Origin: an uncultured Gammaproteobacteria bacterium
GTDB lineage: Bacteria; Patescibacteriota; Patescibacteriia; UBA9934
DNA: 64,000 nucleotides
Direction: 5' to 3'
Assembly (NCBI GenBank): GCA_964452565.1
Contig: CAYVLY010000001.1
Span: 291,009 to 355,008, forward strand
The position numbers and the translations under genes were made by a program. Under the pieces are notes generated by a model. That model saw nothing but the letters and a program-made list of their open reading frames with translations. It was not told the origin of the DNA and searched no databases. This document shows, one piece after another, positions 39,694 through 50,017 of the stretch (the first letter of the stretch is position 1; the number at the start of each line of letters is the position of its first letter).

Positions 39694-39821
39694 CTCCCCC
39701 GGTTCTATCCATCCTGAGCGAAGTGAGCTATAAGCGAACGAAGTCGAAGGATCTCTTAAAGCTTACTTCTTGAGATCCCTCGGCTCACCTCAGGGCTCAC
39801 TCGGGATAGAATGGTGAATAA

Positions 39822-39849
39822 TGAAACAAAATCGTTGTAATAGCGTATA
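39822..39849 (+). promoter_or_regulatory. ECF (SigW-type) promoter
   Basis: TGAAAC-N16-CGTATA upstream of ECF gene; second copy TGAAAC-N17-CGTATA at 41138. Confidence 0.7.
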
Positions 39850-39876
39850 ATGAAGTAGTAAGCATAATACGCGCTT

Positions 39877-40446
39877 ATACCAAAACTAACTGACGCAGAG
39901 CTTGTTGAACGTGCTCTTGTGTACCCATATTACTTTGGAAACATAATGCGTCGCTATGAGGCAAAACTCAAGCGATATATTTTGCGTTTGTCTAACGTTT
40001 CCCCAGAAACTGCTGATGATATTCTTCAAGAGGTTTTCATTAAGACCTACACGAATTTACAAAGCTTTGATCCGTACTTGAGCTTCAACTCCTGGGTCTA
40101 TCGAATAACACGCAATGAGGTAATCAGCCACTATAGAAAACAAAAACGCCGCCCACAAGGTCATACGATTGACATTGAACAACGCATACTTGAAAACATT
40201 CGATCAGAACTCAACGTCGAGTCTGAGATCGACGTATCACTGCAGGCCGATCAGGTCGCTGAGGTAATCAACACTCTTCCGGATAAATACCGCGAGGCTA
40301 TGATTCTACGATTCCTTGAAGAAAAAAGTTATAAAGAAATTTCTGATATTTTACGAAAACCAGTAGGAACAGTATCTACTCTTCTAAATCGCGCCAAGAA
40401 AAAATGTTTAGAGAACATTGAACAAAGCTATGAAAAAGCAAAGTAA
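39877..40446 (+). CDS. ECF sigma-70 factor (start probably non-canonical ATA 39877; first GTG 39919)
   Basis: ADDILQEVFIK, FNSWVYRITRN, SYKEISDILRKPVGTV; in-frame LTDAELV upstream of GTG. Confidence 0.85.
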   Translation: MPKLTDAELVERALVYPYYFGNIMRRYEAKLKRYILRLSNVSPETADDILQEVFIKTYTNLQSFDPYLSFNSWVYRITRNEVISHYRKQKRRPQGHTIDIEQRILENIRSELNVESEIDVSLQADQVAEVINTLPDKYREAMILRFLEEKSYKEISDILRKPVGTVSTLLNRAKKKCLENIEQSYEKAK

Positions 40447-41137
40447 GCCAACTCAAGAGGTTCTTGAGCAAATCAAGAAAAAAGAGCTGCAGGTTAAACC
40501 AAGGTGGCACTTCACACTCAAGCGAATACTTCGTTGGAGTCTTATTGCGCTTCTCTCCATTTTTGCAGCATTAAACTTCTCAATCGCATACTTCTTCTTC
40601 ACATCTGAATCAATGCCAATGTTTAAGGAGCTGGACATCGGAACGTGGAAGTACTTATTGCTTATAATGCCAACGATCTGGCTCATAATCTTTGCAGTAC
40701 TTATCGTAGTGGCCTATAAACAGTTCCATGCAACAAAGCATGGTTATCGATATCAATTCTGGGCTGTGATTGCGGTTCTTTTCTTCCTAACATTGATTCC
40801 TGGAATTGGACTCAGCCGTGCGGGCTTTGCCTTCAAGACATACGACTTTGCACGAGAGCATATCCCAGGATATGAAAGTATTGATATGCATGGCCTGTTC
40901 TGGGACAGACCGGATAGTGGATTCTTAACCGGACGCATAGCAACACTAGAGGATCAGACTCGATTCGAGCTACGCTATCATGGTGAGAGTTGGCAGATTA
41001 ATGCATCGAACGCAGAACTTATCGAAACCGATAAATTGCTGGAGGGTGACCATGTGCGTCTACATGGTGAGCTTCAAGGTGATGATCATTTTATTGCAGA
41101 CGCTATTCTATTGCTGAACCCACGATTTGCTCGTTAG
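40430..41137 (+). CDS. Probable anti-sigma membrane protein
   Basis: Overlaps ECF stop, three TMs, soluble C-terminus. Confidence 0.6.
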   Translation: MKKQSKPTQEVLEQIKKKELQVKPRWHFTLKRILRWSLIALLSIFAALNFSIAYFFFTSESMPMFKELDIGTWKYLLLIMPTIWLIIFAVLIVVAYKQFHATKHGYRYQFWAVIAVLFFLTLIPGIGLSRAGFAFKTYDFAREHIPGYESIDMHGLFWDRPDSGFLTGRIATLEDQTRFELRYHGESWQINASNAELIETDKLLEGDHVRLHGELQGDDHFIADAILLLNPRFAR

Positions 41138-41203
41138 TGAAACAAAGATTGGTTGGGCGGCGTATAAATATACAGAAGCGCTTCCTTACTAATAAAACAC
41201 ACT

Positions 41204-41650
41204 ATGACAAAGGGTAAAGCAAAGAAAAACAAACTAAGTAAAGCAGTGATGATTCCTCTTCTAGGAGCTGTTGGGCTAGTTGGCGCAGTGTCAATTGCAT
41301 ACGCATGTGATGATGCAGAAGCAACACAGGCTGCAAACCAGGAAGATCAGTCAAAGGCTCATGAGCACGAAGGTGAGAGAGAGGCTAATCAGGCTAACCG
41401 AATGCGACAAGGTGAAAACAGTCAGCGTCGTGAGCCTGCAGCAGGTCATCGAGCACTATTTGAAGGTCACGCTAATGAGATGAAGGCTATAATGGAAAGT
41501 GGAGACTTTGATGCGTTTATCGCACTAATCTCTGAGAACCTTCCAGAAGATGTTGAGCTAACTGATGAGCGACTTGAGCGAATGGAATCACATTTCTCTG
41601 ACATGTCAGAACGATTCCAAAGCGGAGAGTTCTCAAAGTCAAAGAAATAA
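41204..41650 (+). CDS. Secreted hypothetical protein (ECF target)
   Basis: Signal peptide, ECF-type promoter at 41138-41166. Confidence 0.6.
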   Translation: MTKGKAKKNKLSKAVMIPLLGAVGLVGAVSIAYACDDAEATQAANQEDQSKAHEHEGEREANQANRMRQGENSQRREPAAGHRALFEGHANEMKAIMESGDFDAFIALISENLPEDVELTDERLERMESHFSDMSERFQSGEFSKSKK

Positions 41651-41720
41651 AAGGCCAAACAAACTGCCATAGAAAAAACCACCCTGAGCGTAGTCGAAGG
41701 GTGGTTTTTATTTTTATCAA

Positions 41721-42335
41721 TTATGAAATCTCGCGGTATGCCTTTGTTGTTGCGATCATTGCTGCTGGAACAGAGAACAGTGCTCCAACATACAAACAGA
41801 TAAATCCAAGGAAACTTACAACACCAGTTGTAAGGTGTAGCCCCAGAACATCCCACTTCAAGCCCATTGTCATTTCAGAACTCTTCTTCATCGCCTCAAT
41901 TGGCCCCATCTTTTTATCTACCACTAACATTGGAGCAAAGTAGTACTTAAGCATCCAAATCACTCCAGGAAAAACCAAAAGCATAAATCCGACATACACT
42001 ACTATTCCGTATATGATCATAACTGCTAAGTACTTGAAGAACACGTCCCACTCTGTGAACAGTGTTGCAAGTGACGGTCTCTTGCCATCTGTTGCATCAA
42101 GCATAATTTTAATAAACCCAATACCCATAATTGTCCCAAGGGCAATGTATATCAAAAATATCAATAAACTCAGATACCAATAATCTTGAGGTATAAAAGC
42201 AGCCAAGATTGCAGGAACAATACTAGCGCCAATCATGACTAGGAACATGAGGACAAAGAACCCCATGTGCTCCTTCATCTTTTCCCAACCAAAATGGATG
42301 ACAGCGCCATCACTAAAAGTCTTTTTACTTAACAT
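41721..42335 (-). CDS. Integral membrane protein (DUF975-like)
   Basis: Four TMs, LLVFPG..Y.FAP.LVVD..GPIEAMKKS. Confidence 0.7.
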   Translation of the reverse strand: MLSKKTFSDGAVIHFGWEKMKEHMGFFVLMFLVMIGASIVPAILAAFIPQDYWYLSLLIFLIYIALGTIMGIGFIKIMLDATDGKRPSLATLFTEWDVFFKYLAVMIIYGIVVYVGFMLLVFPGVIWMLKYYFAPMLVVDKKMGPIEAMKKSSEMTMGLKWDVLGLHLTTGVVSFLGFICLYVGALFSVPAAMIATTKAYREIS

Positions 42336-42458
42336 AATCTAAGTGATTAAAGGTTATTAAAAGTGATTAGAGGTGGTTAGAGGTGATAAGAAATAATTCA
42401 AAGACTACTTAAACCCTTTTATCACTTCTCATAACCTCTTTTACCTTTATCACCTCCA

Positions 42459-44873
42459 TTATAACGAATCATCAACAGATTCTGCAGAGCTCTTGTGGAC
42501 GTCAATATCATAGTCATCTGCGTCATTGATATCTGATCCAAGGGTATAGTTTGAATAGAACGCATCAGATATGTCATCGATCTTGGTATTCCAGTCCTCA
42601 CCATAAAGCTCCGCCGCAATCTCCTCAGTTGCAATTGCATGCAGCACCCCACCCAAGCTTACAGCATAAACAGTATCAACGGTCTGGAACTTCACCATCT
42701 TCTGTCCCGGTCGGTATGTAATATTTGACCCAAGACTTATCTCTGACATCACCTGTGTTGTTACAAATGCAATATCATCAAAGTCATCAAACCATGTGAA
42801 GTATACTTTTTCATTTGGAAACGCGTGTCTGACCCCATCTTCGCTATAGTAGTAAACAGCACGACACGGAGCGTTTATATCTACTTCTGAGTCCCCGCAT
42901 GAAGTTTTAATCAAGATGCTGGTATCAAGATCGTCAATATTAGATACGATCGTAGCCCCAGTCTCAGGCGCGATTGTTGGCTCATCGGTTACTGTAACCG
43001 GCGTTGGCGTCTCTTCAGATGATGTAGAAGTAACGGTTATAGTGAATTCCCCACTGGATCCAGTATTTCCTGCAATATCTGTACATCGAATCTCTGCAGT
43101 ATAAGTACCTGCTTGAGAATACGTCTTTGAATATGTCGCAGTCCCATCTGCCGCCCCCCAGCCTGCCGAAATAGTTGTTGGTGCAACAAATTCACCATCC
43201 TCATAAAATCGGCACTGCGCTACGTAACCCTCGTCATAATATGAAACCTCCATGGAAACCTCGGTTCCCTCTGTAACTGATATATCTCCAAGAGATCCAA
43301 CTGTTGGCGATGTTATATCACCCGGCCCCTCACCCTCATAACTGATTGTTAACTCAATTGTTTCTCCTGTTGTTGAATTACCTGCCCTGTCCTCGCATGT
43401 TGCATAAAGGTACAATGTATCGCCCCACATTGTAATCATGTCTTTTGAAAAGTATGTGCCATTGTCAGTCATCTCCATGTCAGATGTTGTTTCATAAGTC
43501 GGGTCATAAACATACATTGTGCACGTTTCAACCTCATTATTGTCTGACACGTACGTCTTGTATTCATTTGCCCCACTTTCAACACTTGTTGGAGAGATCT
43601 CAGAGACAACTGGCGCCTCTGTATCAATAACAAAAACAAGCGACGACACTTCACTCACGTTTCCCTCCGAATCAACAGCTCGAAGATATGCGGTGTGAGA
43701 TTCTTCAGAAAGATCTGATTCAACTGTGTACGATGTGACATTTCCGATGTTTGTGTAATCGTCATCATCAATCTTAATCTCGTAATAACTCACATCGTCA
43801 TCTGAATCAACTGCTGCATCCCAGCCAAGTTCTGGGGTTAGATCACTTGTTGCCTCACGACCGCTGCTGAGCGCCAAGTTCGCAGGTGCCTCTGGATTCT
43901 CATTTGAATCACTCATGAGCTTTATTGATCCAGCTGATCCAACAAGAAAAGCAGCTTCAGTTGATGGATAGTACACGCCATAATATGTCTCCAAAGCATC
44001 AACTCCAGCATCTTCCCAGGTCTCACCTCCATCCTCAGTAATCAAAACCTCCAAAAAGAATGTTGTTAAAATCCCATTATCCTCATCTGCAAATGAGATG
44101 TCACTAATAATGTCTGCTGGATCAATCAAATCAGTCACGCCAATATCCTCCCAGTTTGTACCGCCATCCTCGGTCCGTAAAAGTGTAGCGTTGTCTCCAC
44201 CAGCCCATGCAATATCAGTGTTATCCTCAATCACATGAACTGTATAGAGATATTCTGATGTGCCTGAAGTTTGGATTTCCCACTCTTCTCCACCAACATC
44301 TGTATACAGAATCACACCAGAAGCACCCACAGCCCAACCAGTCAATGACTGTACTATATCGATTGAATGCAGCGTTGTGCTTACTCCACTTTCTTGCTCA
44401 TCCCAAAACTCGCCATCGCTATCTGAGTATTCGATAATACCGCCAGTTCCTACAACCCAACCAAACGTCCCAGTGCTCTCATCAAAATCAATATCATAAT
44501 AAGTTGTCGCGGTGCCAGGTGAATAGTCTAGCCAGGAATCACCATAGTCCTCTGTCCAAATAATAGTTGAATCTTCACCACAAACAAATGTGCCGCCATT
44601 TGTCACAGAAACTCCATGATAGTCTATTGAGCTTTCTGTGACGTTAAACCAGTTCTGGCCGTAATCCGATGAGTATGTGACTGCTCCGTTCTGACCTACT
44701 GCAAAGATTACTTCATCATTGATACCATCAACAGCGTTTAAGTCTTCAGTCATCACAGAATCTGCATCTTCCCAAGTTATTGTTCTGGCGATAACAAAAA
44801 ACGGCGCAAAGGCTACAAAGAATATAAAAGCAAAAATTGTTAATGTATGAAACACTCTTTTTGTCATAGGCAT
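42459..44873 (-). CDS. Secreted YCF48/BNR-type beta-propeller surface protein downstream of a cobalamin riboswitch
   Basis: Signal peptide, Asp-box repeats, Fn3/Ig-like domains, C-terminal domain shared with 31093-33144. Confidence 0.8.
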   Translation of the reverse strand: MPMTKRVFHTLTIFAFIFFVAFAPFFVIARTITWEDADSVMTEDLNAVDGINDEVIFAVGQNGAVTYSSDYGQNWFNVTESSIDYHGVSVTNGGTFVCGEDSTIIWTEDYGDSWLDYSPGTATTYYDIDFDESTGTFGWVVGTGGIIEYSDSDGEFWDEQESGVSTTLHSIDIVQSLTGWAVGASGVILYTDVGGEEWEIQTSGTSEYLYTVHVIEDNTDIAWAGGDNATLLRTEDGGTNWEDIGVTDLIDPADIISDISFADEDNGILTTFFLEVLITEDGGETWEDAGVDALETYYGVYYPSTEAAFLVGSAGSIKLMSDSNENPEAPANLALSSGREATSDLTPELGWDAAVDSDDDVSYYEIKIDDDDYTNIGNVTSYTVESDLSEESHTAYLRAVDSEGNVSEVSSLVFVIDTEAPVVSEISPTSVESGANEYKTYVSDNNEVETCTMYVYDPTYETTSDMEMTDNGTYFSKDMITMWGDTLYLYATCEDRAGNSTTGETIELTISYEGEGPGDITSPTVGSLGDISVTEGTEVSMEVSYYDEGYVAQCRFYEDGEFVAPTTISAGWGAADGTATYSKTYSQAGTYTAEIRCTDIAGNTGSSGEFTITVTSTSSEETPTPVTVTDEPTIAPETGATIVSNIDDLDTSILIKTSCGDSEVDINAPCRAVYYYSEDGVRHAFPNEKVYFTWFDDFDDIAFVTTQVMSEISLGSNITYRPGQKMVKFQTVDTVYAVSLGGVLHAIATEEIAAELYGEDWNTKIDDISDAFYSNYTLGSDINDADDYDIDVHKSSAESVDDSL

Positions 44874-44936
44874 AGATTTTTATAAGTATAACTCAAAATG
44901 CACAAAGAAAAACCAAAACTGTGTATGCCCCCATCA

Positions 44937-45061
44937 GAAAACACTTGGAATCGAGGTCAGTTTGGACGCATGGGAAGGTGGCGCCGGAGCCGTACTAGAA
45001 TGTACGGTGACTAGCCAGCAGGGACCCATAAGTTCAAAATGGTCCGATTCCAAATGTTTTC
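44937..45061. repeat. Long palindromic element, RPE1-like family (copy 3, diverged)
   Basis: Arms gaaaacacttggaatcg/cgattccaaatgttttc; apical GCCGTACTAGAATGTACGGTGA. Confidence 0.6.
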
Positions 45062-45064
45062 ATC

Positions 45065-45220
45065 AAAACAAAAACCTGTGCACTCTTGGATACACAGATC
45101 TTCATTGGGATCACGAGAGGAAAAGATCGGGCTTGCAATGAATCGCACACCGTTGCCAAGAGACAGCCGCGGACTCTCACCGCGTTCCAGAACTCATCCC
45201 GTCAAACGGGACTCGTGACA
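45065..45220 (-). ncRNA. Cobalamin (B12) riboswitch
   Basis: Minus strand: UCACGAG/CUCGUGA closing stem, GGAA-CGCGG-UGAGAGU-CCGCG T-loop helix, GCUG..GCAACGGU, AAGCCCGA; loop CUCUUGG complementary to CCAAGAG in downstream hairpin followed by U-tract. Confidence 0.82.
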
Positions 45221-45613
45221 ACGGTATTTACTCATAGTTCGATCAAATTGTCAACAGCAGCAAGCTCTCACCCACACCACGGATGCTTAAACTTGAATTC
45301 GGTCCCCAGCCAATTTTTCCCAGCTAATCTTTACCTCGGGCCTGTCACGAGCACATTCATGCTTACCCCCGGGCAGAAAGATGGAATAGCATTTTGATAT
45401 CCAATTTCTCCTTAGATAAAAATTGGATCTCCAAAATGCCCGTTCGTATGCCTGAGGTATACCTGGACGAGCGCAGTATGGGCCAACACCCTTTCTTTCC
45501 CCGGTTTCTTTGGGTGAACAAAGAAACCGGGTCTGGGGGTCCAGGGGGACGAAGTGCCCCCGGGTGCAACCTGGCTTCGAGAGATCCCTCGGCTACGCTC
45601 GGGATGGATAAGG

Positions 45614-46042
45614 CTACTTGGGCACCCACCAGTATCTCAACATTTTCTTACATTCTTTTTCGAACTTGTCAGGATCTAAACCAAACTCCTTAGCCACTGC
45701 ATGTAACTTATGCTTTTTTCTTGGATTACGCACAATGCGAACATCACTAGCTGGATCAACTTTTTTAGCTACCCGGCGGAAAAACAGCCAACGCACTGTG
45801 TACTTCACGAACATATAAATTGAGCCCCAAACAAACTTCCACATCGAATAAGGAAACGCAATTTTATACCCAGACCACTTTGCCCGTGTGCATGTATAGA
45901 CTACATCTGAGAGCTCGGCCCACAGATCAAAAAATCCACTTGCTTCTTCATACTCTTTTACTTCGTCAGCAAGGTCTTGCAGATGCCATTGAAGGTCGTA
46001 TTTTGGCATTCCCAACCAAGAATGCCACCATTTTATAATCAT
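45614..46042 (-). CDS. Hypothetical protein, MazG-like helical motif
   Basis: DEVKEY...AELSDVVY; start ATG 46042 overlapping upstream stop (ATGA). Confidence 0.55.
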   Translation of the reverse strand: MIIKWWHSWLGMPKYDLQWHLQDLADEVKEYEEASGFFDLWAELSDVVYTCTRAKWSGYKIAFPYSMWKFVWGSIYMFVKYTVRWLFFRRVAKKVDPASDVRIVRNPRKKHKLHAVAKEFGLDPDKFEKECKKMLRYWWVPK

Positions 46043-46827
46043 AATAATTTTGTTTGAATACCAGCGCGTTTTTGAAGCTCTTGACCCGCTGACTGACGAT
46101 ACACGCAATAATCGCAATCTGAATCAGCATCTGGAATCCCATCATTATCTAGACAATCCTTAGCGCTCAACAGAGTCGGCTCAACCCATCCATCATCACC
46201 CTTATAATCAAACACCTCAACATCAAACTCTAACTTGCCATCAAAGGCTGCACGATCGGTCCGCCCATTGCAATACACAAAATAACCAACATCACTTACC
46301 TTGAATCCATTTCGTCGAAGCAACCATTGATAAACCTCCATCTGCCGCTTGTATGATATCTGCCATGGTGCACTGATTCCGACACCGGATTCTTTTGCTG
46401 TTGCTTTGTAGTCAACCACGATCAACTCTTCTTCCGGATTGACCCAAATATCATCTACTGCTCCTGTTACGATAAAGTTAGACGACTCGTGATGGAACTG
46501 CACACCTTTAAAGTTCTCGCGCCATTCATCCATCATCTCATGTCTGTATGGCACAGCATCAATCTTATACTGCTTCATTAAAGGATGTGTTGCCTGATCT
46601 GCACGGTGCATATCAAACTCTTTTTTCAAAAGTGTATCAACTGCCGTGTTGAGATTAAATGGAAATCCAGGTGGTCGCCCAACGCCTAAGCGGCGATCTA
46701 AATAAAAACACCGCGGACAGGCAAAGAAAAGATCAATCTTTGATCGACTTAACCTAAACGGTGTCTTTGACTTTGGATTATATAAATTCCGTGTTCGTTT
46801 GGGGTTGTACCATTGGCTCATACTCAC
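46039..46827 (-). CDS. PD-(D/E)xK nuclease (RecB/Cas4-like fold)
   Basis: SRSKI..CPRCFY, GAVDD, VVDYK, QMEVY, C..C. Confidence 0.82.
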   Translation of the reverse strand: MSMSQWYNPKRTRNLYNPKSKTPFRLSRSKIDLFFACPRCFYLDRRLGVGRPPGFPFNLNTAVDTLLKKEFDMHRADQATHPLMKQYKIDAVPYRHEMMDEWRENFKGVQFHHESSNFIVTGAVDDIWVNPEEELIVVDYKATAKESGVGISAPWQISYKRQMEVYQWLLRRNGFKVSDVGYFVYCNGRTDRAAFDGKLEFDVEVFDYKGDDGWVEPTLLSAKDCLDNDGIPDADSDCDYCVYRQSAGQELQKRAGIQTKLL

Positions 46828-47279
46828 CGTATTCTATCATACCTCCCCATTAACACAGATTCTTCGATGATATGATCACGCATTGCGTCTTCGACTTCAG
46901 TTTTCGATACTCCGGCCGGTAGATCAAGCTCAGCATCAAGCGCGTAAAGCTTGAAATAATATCTGTGTTCACGGTCTGGTGGGCACGGGCCTTGATAAAC
47001 CGGTTCACCGCTTGTATTCACTCCTTGAACACTCTGAGGAACTGATCCTTCGAGAATGTCTGTTGTACTTATCTGAACATTGAAAAGCACCCAATGGTCC
47101 CACATACCATCTGGTCTGATGTGCTTTGGAACGTCTGGGTCATCCATAAGAAGAACAAGGCTCTGAGCTCCTTCAGGCACGTCTTCGATATGCAACGGTG
47201 GGCTTATATTTTGACCATCACAAGTATACTTTGATGGAATTGCGCCTTCATGCTCAAAGGCCGGACTAGTTAGTTTCAT
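46824..47279 (-). CDS. YbhB/YbcL (PEBP) family protein
   Basis: YTCDG..SPPL, MDDPD, HW, YQGPCPP, HRYYFKLYALD. Confidence 0.92.
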   Translation of the reverse strand: MKLTSPAFEHEGAIPSKYTCDGQNISPPLHIEDVPEGAQSLVLLMDDPDVPKHIRPDGMWDHWVLFNVQISTTDILEGSVPQSVQGVNTSGEPVYQGPCPPDREHRYYFKLYALDAELDLPAGVSKTEVEDAMRDHIIEESVLMGRYDRIR

Positions 47280-47526
47280 ACCCTTCTTGTTTTAATATTC
47301 GATACTTTTGATCCTTGCTGCGGTTGTAGCCGCCAAGCTTACCATCTGATCGGATCACACGGTGGCATGGGATCGCGGGATCATAGTTCTTATTCAAAAT
47401 ATTCCCTACTGCTCGCGCCGCCTTGGGTCGTCCAGCTTTGATCGCAACCTGCTTATATGTCATCACATCACCCTTGGGAATCTTTCGAACTATGTCGTAG
47501 ACCTTCTGAGCAAAGTTAGAGGACAT
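47266..47526 (-). CDS. ogt: O6-methylguanine-DNA methyltransferase (C-terminal domain only)
   Basis: IPKG.V.TY, ARAVG, IPCHRV; start ATG 47526. Confidence 0.85.
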   Translation of the reverse strand: MSSNFAQKVYDIVRKIPKGDVMTYKQVAIKAGRPKAARAVGNILNKNYDPAIPCHRVIRSDGKLGGYNRSKDQKYRILKQEGYETN

Positions 47527-47527
47527 A

Positions 47528-48415
47528 CTACTTAATAACACCCTCAAGCGTCTTACGTGCATCAGCTCCATCCTTGAATATCCCCTTCACAGCCATTAAG
47601 AATGGTAAGTCTGATGCATCACCTAGGCGGCCGATGATGTTGTCGATGTTTTTGATGCCTTCGACCGTCTTCCCCTCTTCAACATCCCCGGTGGCAAACC
47701 CAAGCCCATAAGAATAGTTTCGAGACGATGAACTGTATCCTGTTGCAAGAAAATCTCCCATCCCAGCTGGCGTTTGCATTGTTTCGCGATGTGCGCCAAG
47801 GCGATGGATAATTTCTTTCATTTCGATCTCTGCCCTCTGGACTAAACTAGCTTTGAAGTCTGCTCCCATCTTAAGCCCATCTGACAAGCCAAGCGCCAAC
47901 ACATAAACATTTTTCAAAACTCCCAAAAGCGCAGTGCCGATCATGTCATCGCTTTCCTTAAGAGATACCTGCGTGCCTTCAAACAATGCCTTGAGCCTTT
48001 TAATTGAATCACTAGAGTCTGATGCGATTGTAGCGGTTGTTGGCAGACCTTCATTTAGCTCATCTGCAAGCATTGGGCCTGATAGAACTGCGATCTTGTT
48101 ATTCGAAAAATGATCTTGAAGAACCTCAAACGGTAGCTTATTTGTTTCTGGGTCCATGCCCTTTGTGCCTGTCACAAGAATCGCGGATTCAGGAATTCCC
48201 TCAATCTTGCTGACACATTGAACAAAAAACTGACTCGGCACAGCAAAGAAAATCACCTCCGCGTCCTTGATTGCGTCTGATACCTTGTCCACCTGACACT
48301 CTTTACCTGTGTCTTGAACGTCCCAAGCTTTTATATCAATCCCCTCCTTTTTTTCTAGAACTCCAGCCAAGGCCTGACCAAACGCCCCAAAGCCGATAAA
48401 TGTGATGTTTTTCAT
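47528..48415 (-). CDS. gpsA: NAD(P)H-dependent glycerol-3-phosphate dehydrogenase
   Basis: GFGAFG, AVPS, TKG, LSGP, LKNVY, GMGD..T..S.SSRN; start ATG 48415. Confidence 0.85.
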   Translation of the reverse strand: MKNITFIGFGAFGQALAGVLEKKEGIDIKAWDVQDTGKECQVDKVSDAIKDAEVIFFAVPSQFFVQCVSKIEGIPESAILVTGTKGMDPETNKLPFEVLQDHFSNNKIAVLSGPMLADELNEGLPTTATIASDSSDSIKRLKALFEGTQVSLKESDDMIGTALLGVLKNVYVLALGLSDGLKMGADFKASLVQRAEIEMKEIIHRLGAHRETMQTPAGMGDFLATGYSSSSRNYSYGLGFATGDVEEGKTVEGIKNIDNIIGRLGDASDLPFLMAVKGIFKDGADARKTLEGVIK

Positions 48416-48519
48416 AGTGGATTGATTATATCGCAGAACACAGAACCCAGACAACAGAACCCAGGCTCAGCAAGTTTGCTACGAGCAAACACGGGTGTGT
48501 CCCCAGGTAAGAAAACCGG

Positions 48520-48699
48520 ATAAAGAGAAGACCGCCACGAAGACGATCTTCGCGGCGGGAGCCGTGCACTAAGAGTGAGGACGTCGGTTCGCTCTTACCG
48601 TACCCAGGAGCCGAGCAAACGGCCACCAAAAGTCGGGAATAACCTCGTATTTCTACTTGGTTAGCATTTTTTCGCCATTGCCCAAACCGGTTGTGCACA
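48520..48699 (-). ncRNA. Candidate ~180-nt small RNA
   Basis: TTGACA-17-CATATT promoter (48704-48732), GTGCAC closing helix, terminator hairpin 48531-48558. Confidence 0.45.
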
Positions 48700-48785
48700 T
48701 TGAAATATGCCACAAATTCCAATTCTTGTCAACCCAAAACAAAACAACGCCTCTTTTGAGACGCTGCTTTGATCGAATGAATCGA

Positions 48786-49214
48786 TTACTTCAAGTTTAC
48801 AGTTGCTCCTGCATCCTCAAGCGTAGTCTTCATAGCCTCAGCTTCGTCCTTTGCAAGCTTCTCCTTGATCACTGTAGGTACTCCATCGACCATATCCTTA
48901 GCCTCCTTTAGGCCTTGACCCGTGATCTCTCGAACAGCTTTGATCACATTGATCTTGCTGTCTCCTGCAGCAACAAGCTCGACATCGAACTCAGTCTGCT
49001 CTTCTGCTGCAGCCTCACCTCCTGCTGGAGCTGCTGCTACGGCAACTGGTGCTGCAGCTGAAACTCCAAACTTATCTTCAAGAATCTTTACCAAGTCTGC
49101 TAGGTCAATAACAGACATTTGTTCAATCTGCTCTACAAGAGCCTTGAACTTTTCAGGAACTTCAACAGTCTTTTCCTCAACTGCCTCATCCTGAGTTTTC
49201 TTTTCATCACTCAT
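48786..49214 (-). CDS. rplL: 50S ribosomal protein L7/L12
   Basis: [31 protein letters not shown]; start ATG 49214. Confidence 0.97.
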   Translation of the reverse strand: MSDEKKTQDEAVEEKTVEVPEKFKALVEQIEQMSVIDLADLVKILEDKFGVSAAAPVAVAAAPAGGEAAAEEQTEFDVELVAAGDSKINVIKAVREITGQGLKEAKDMVDGVPTVIKEKLAKDEAEAMKTTLEDAGATVNLK

Positions 49215-49239
49215 ATTATGAAAGTTAATCAAATGAATC

Positions 49240-49770
49240 TTATGCGGCTGGCTTCTGCTCTTTGATTGCATCAAGAACCGTTACAAGTCCGCGTAGGTTA
49301 CCGGCAAGAACGTTAACAAATCCTGAGACTGGCGCATTAAGCGAACCAACCATCTTGGATAGCAACTCTTCCTTGCTTGGAAGTGACGCCAAATGGGTTA
49401 CTTCCTCTGCTGTAAGTCCCTTTCCTTCAAGAACACCAGCAGCAAAGACAAACTCTTCATTCTCCTCAGAGAAATCCTTGAGTACCTTTGCGGCAGACAC
49501 CTCGTCGTCATAGGACACGGCAGTTAGGATAGATCCTTCGAACGATTGTGGATCAACATCCTCAAGTCCGGCTTCTTTGGCAGCAATTGCTAGAAGTGTC
49601 TTCTTTGTAATAAAGATTTCAACTCCCTGCTCTTTTGCACGCTTTCGAAGCTCATCGGCTTGAGCCATGGTGAATCCAGAAATCGATGTGAAGGCTGCAG
49701 ACTTCATGGTCTTGAACTTATCAGCGACCGAAGCTACAATATCCTTTTTTTGCAATCTGGACTTTGCCAT
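49240..49770 (-). CDS. rplJ: 50S ribosomal protein L10
   Basis: [16 protein letters not shown], upstream of rplL. Confidence 0.95.
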   Translation of the reverse strand: MAKSRLQKKDIVASVADKFKTMKSAAFTSISGFTMAQADELRKRAKEQGVEIFITKKTLLAIAAKEAGLEDVDPQSFEGSILTAVSYDDEVSAAKVLKDFSEENEEFVFAAGVLEGKGLTAEEVTHLASLPSKEELLSKMVGSLNAPVSGFVNVLAGNLRGLVTVLDAIKEQKPAA

Positions 49771-49794
49771 ATGTGAATGAGTTAGTCCCGTGGG

Positions 49795-49905
49795 GTTTAA
49801 AAAACCACGGCCTTAACGCCGTGAAACAATGAGATCTGATCAAAAGTTCGATCAAATAGCCTCGATAGGACTTACGCTCTTGCAAGCAACCTATTGTCTT
49901 TAGCA
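49795..49905 (-). ncRNA. Ribosomal protein L10 leader
   Basis: AAGACAAUAGG...UAA..CCUAUCGAGG motif plus attenuator hairpin; TTGACA-17-TATACT promoter at 49919-49947. Confidence 0.75.
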
Positions 49906-50017
49906 TTAAGTTGTCAGAAGTATAGAATATTGGCCAAATTATGTCAAGAAGCAGAACGCTCGCCCTTTCGGACGAGCAGTACGTGTACGTGTGGCGCTGA
50001 GGCTACTCAGAGCAGTA

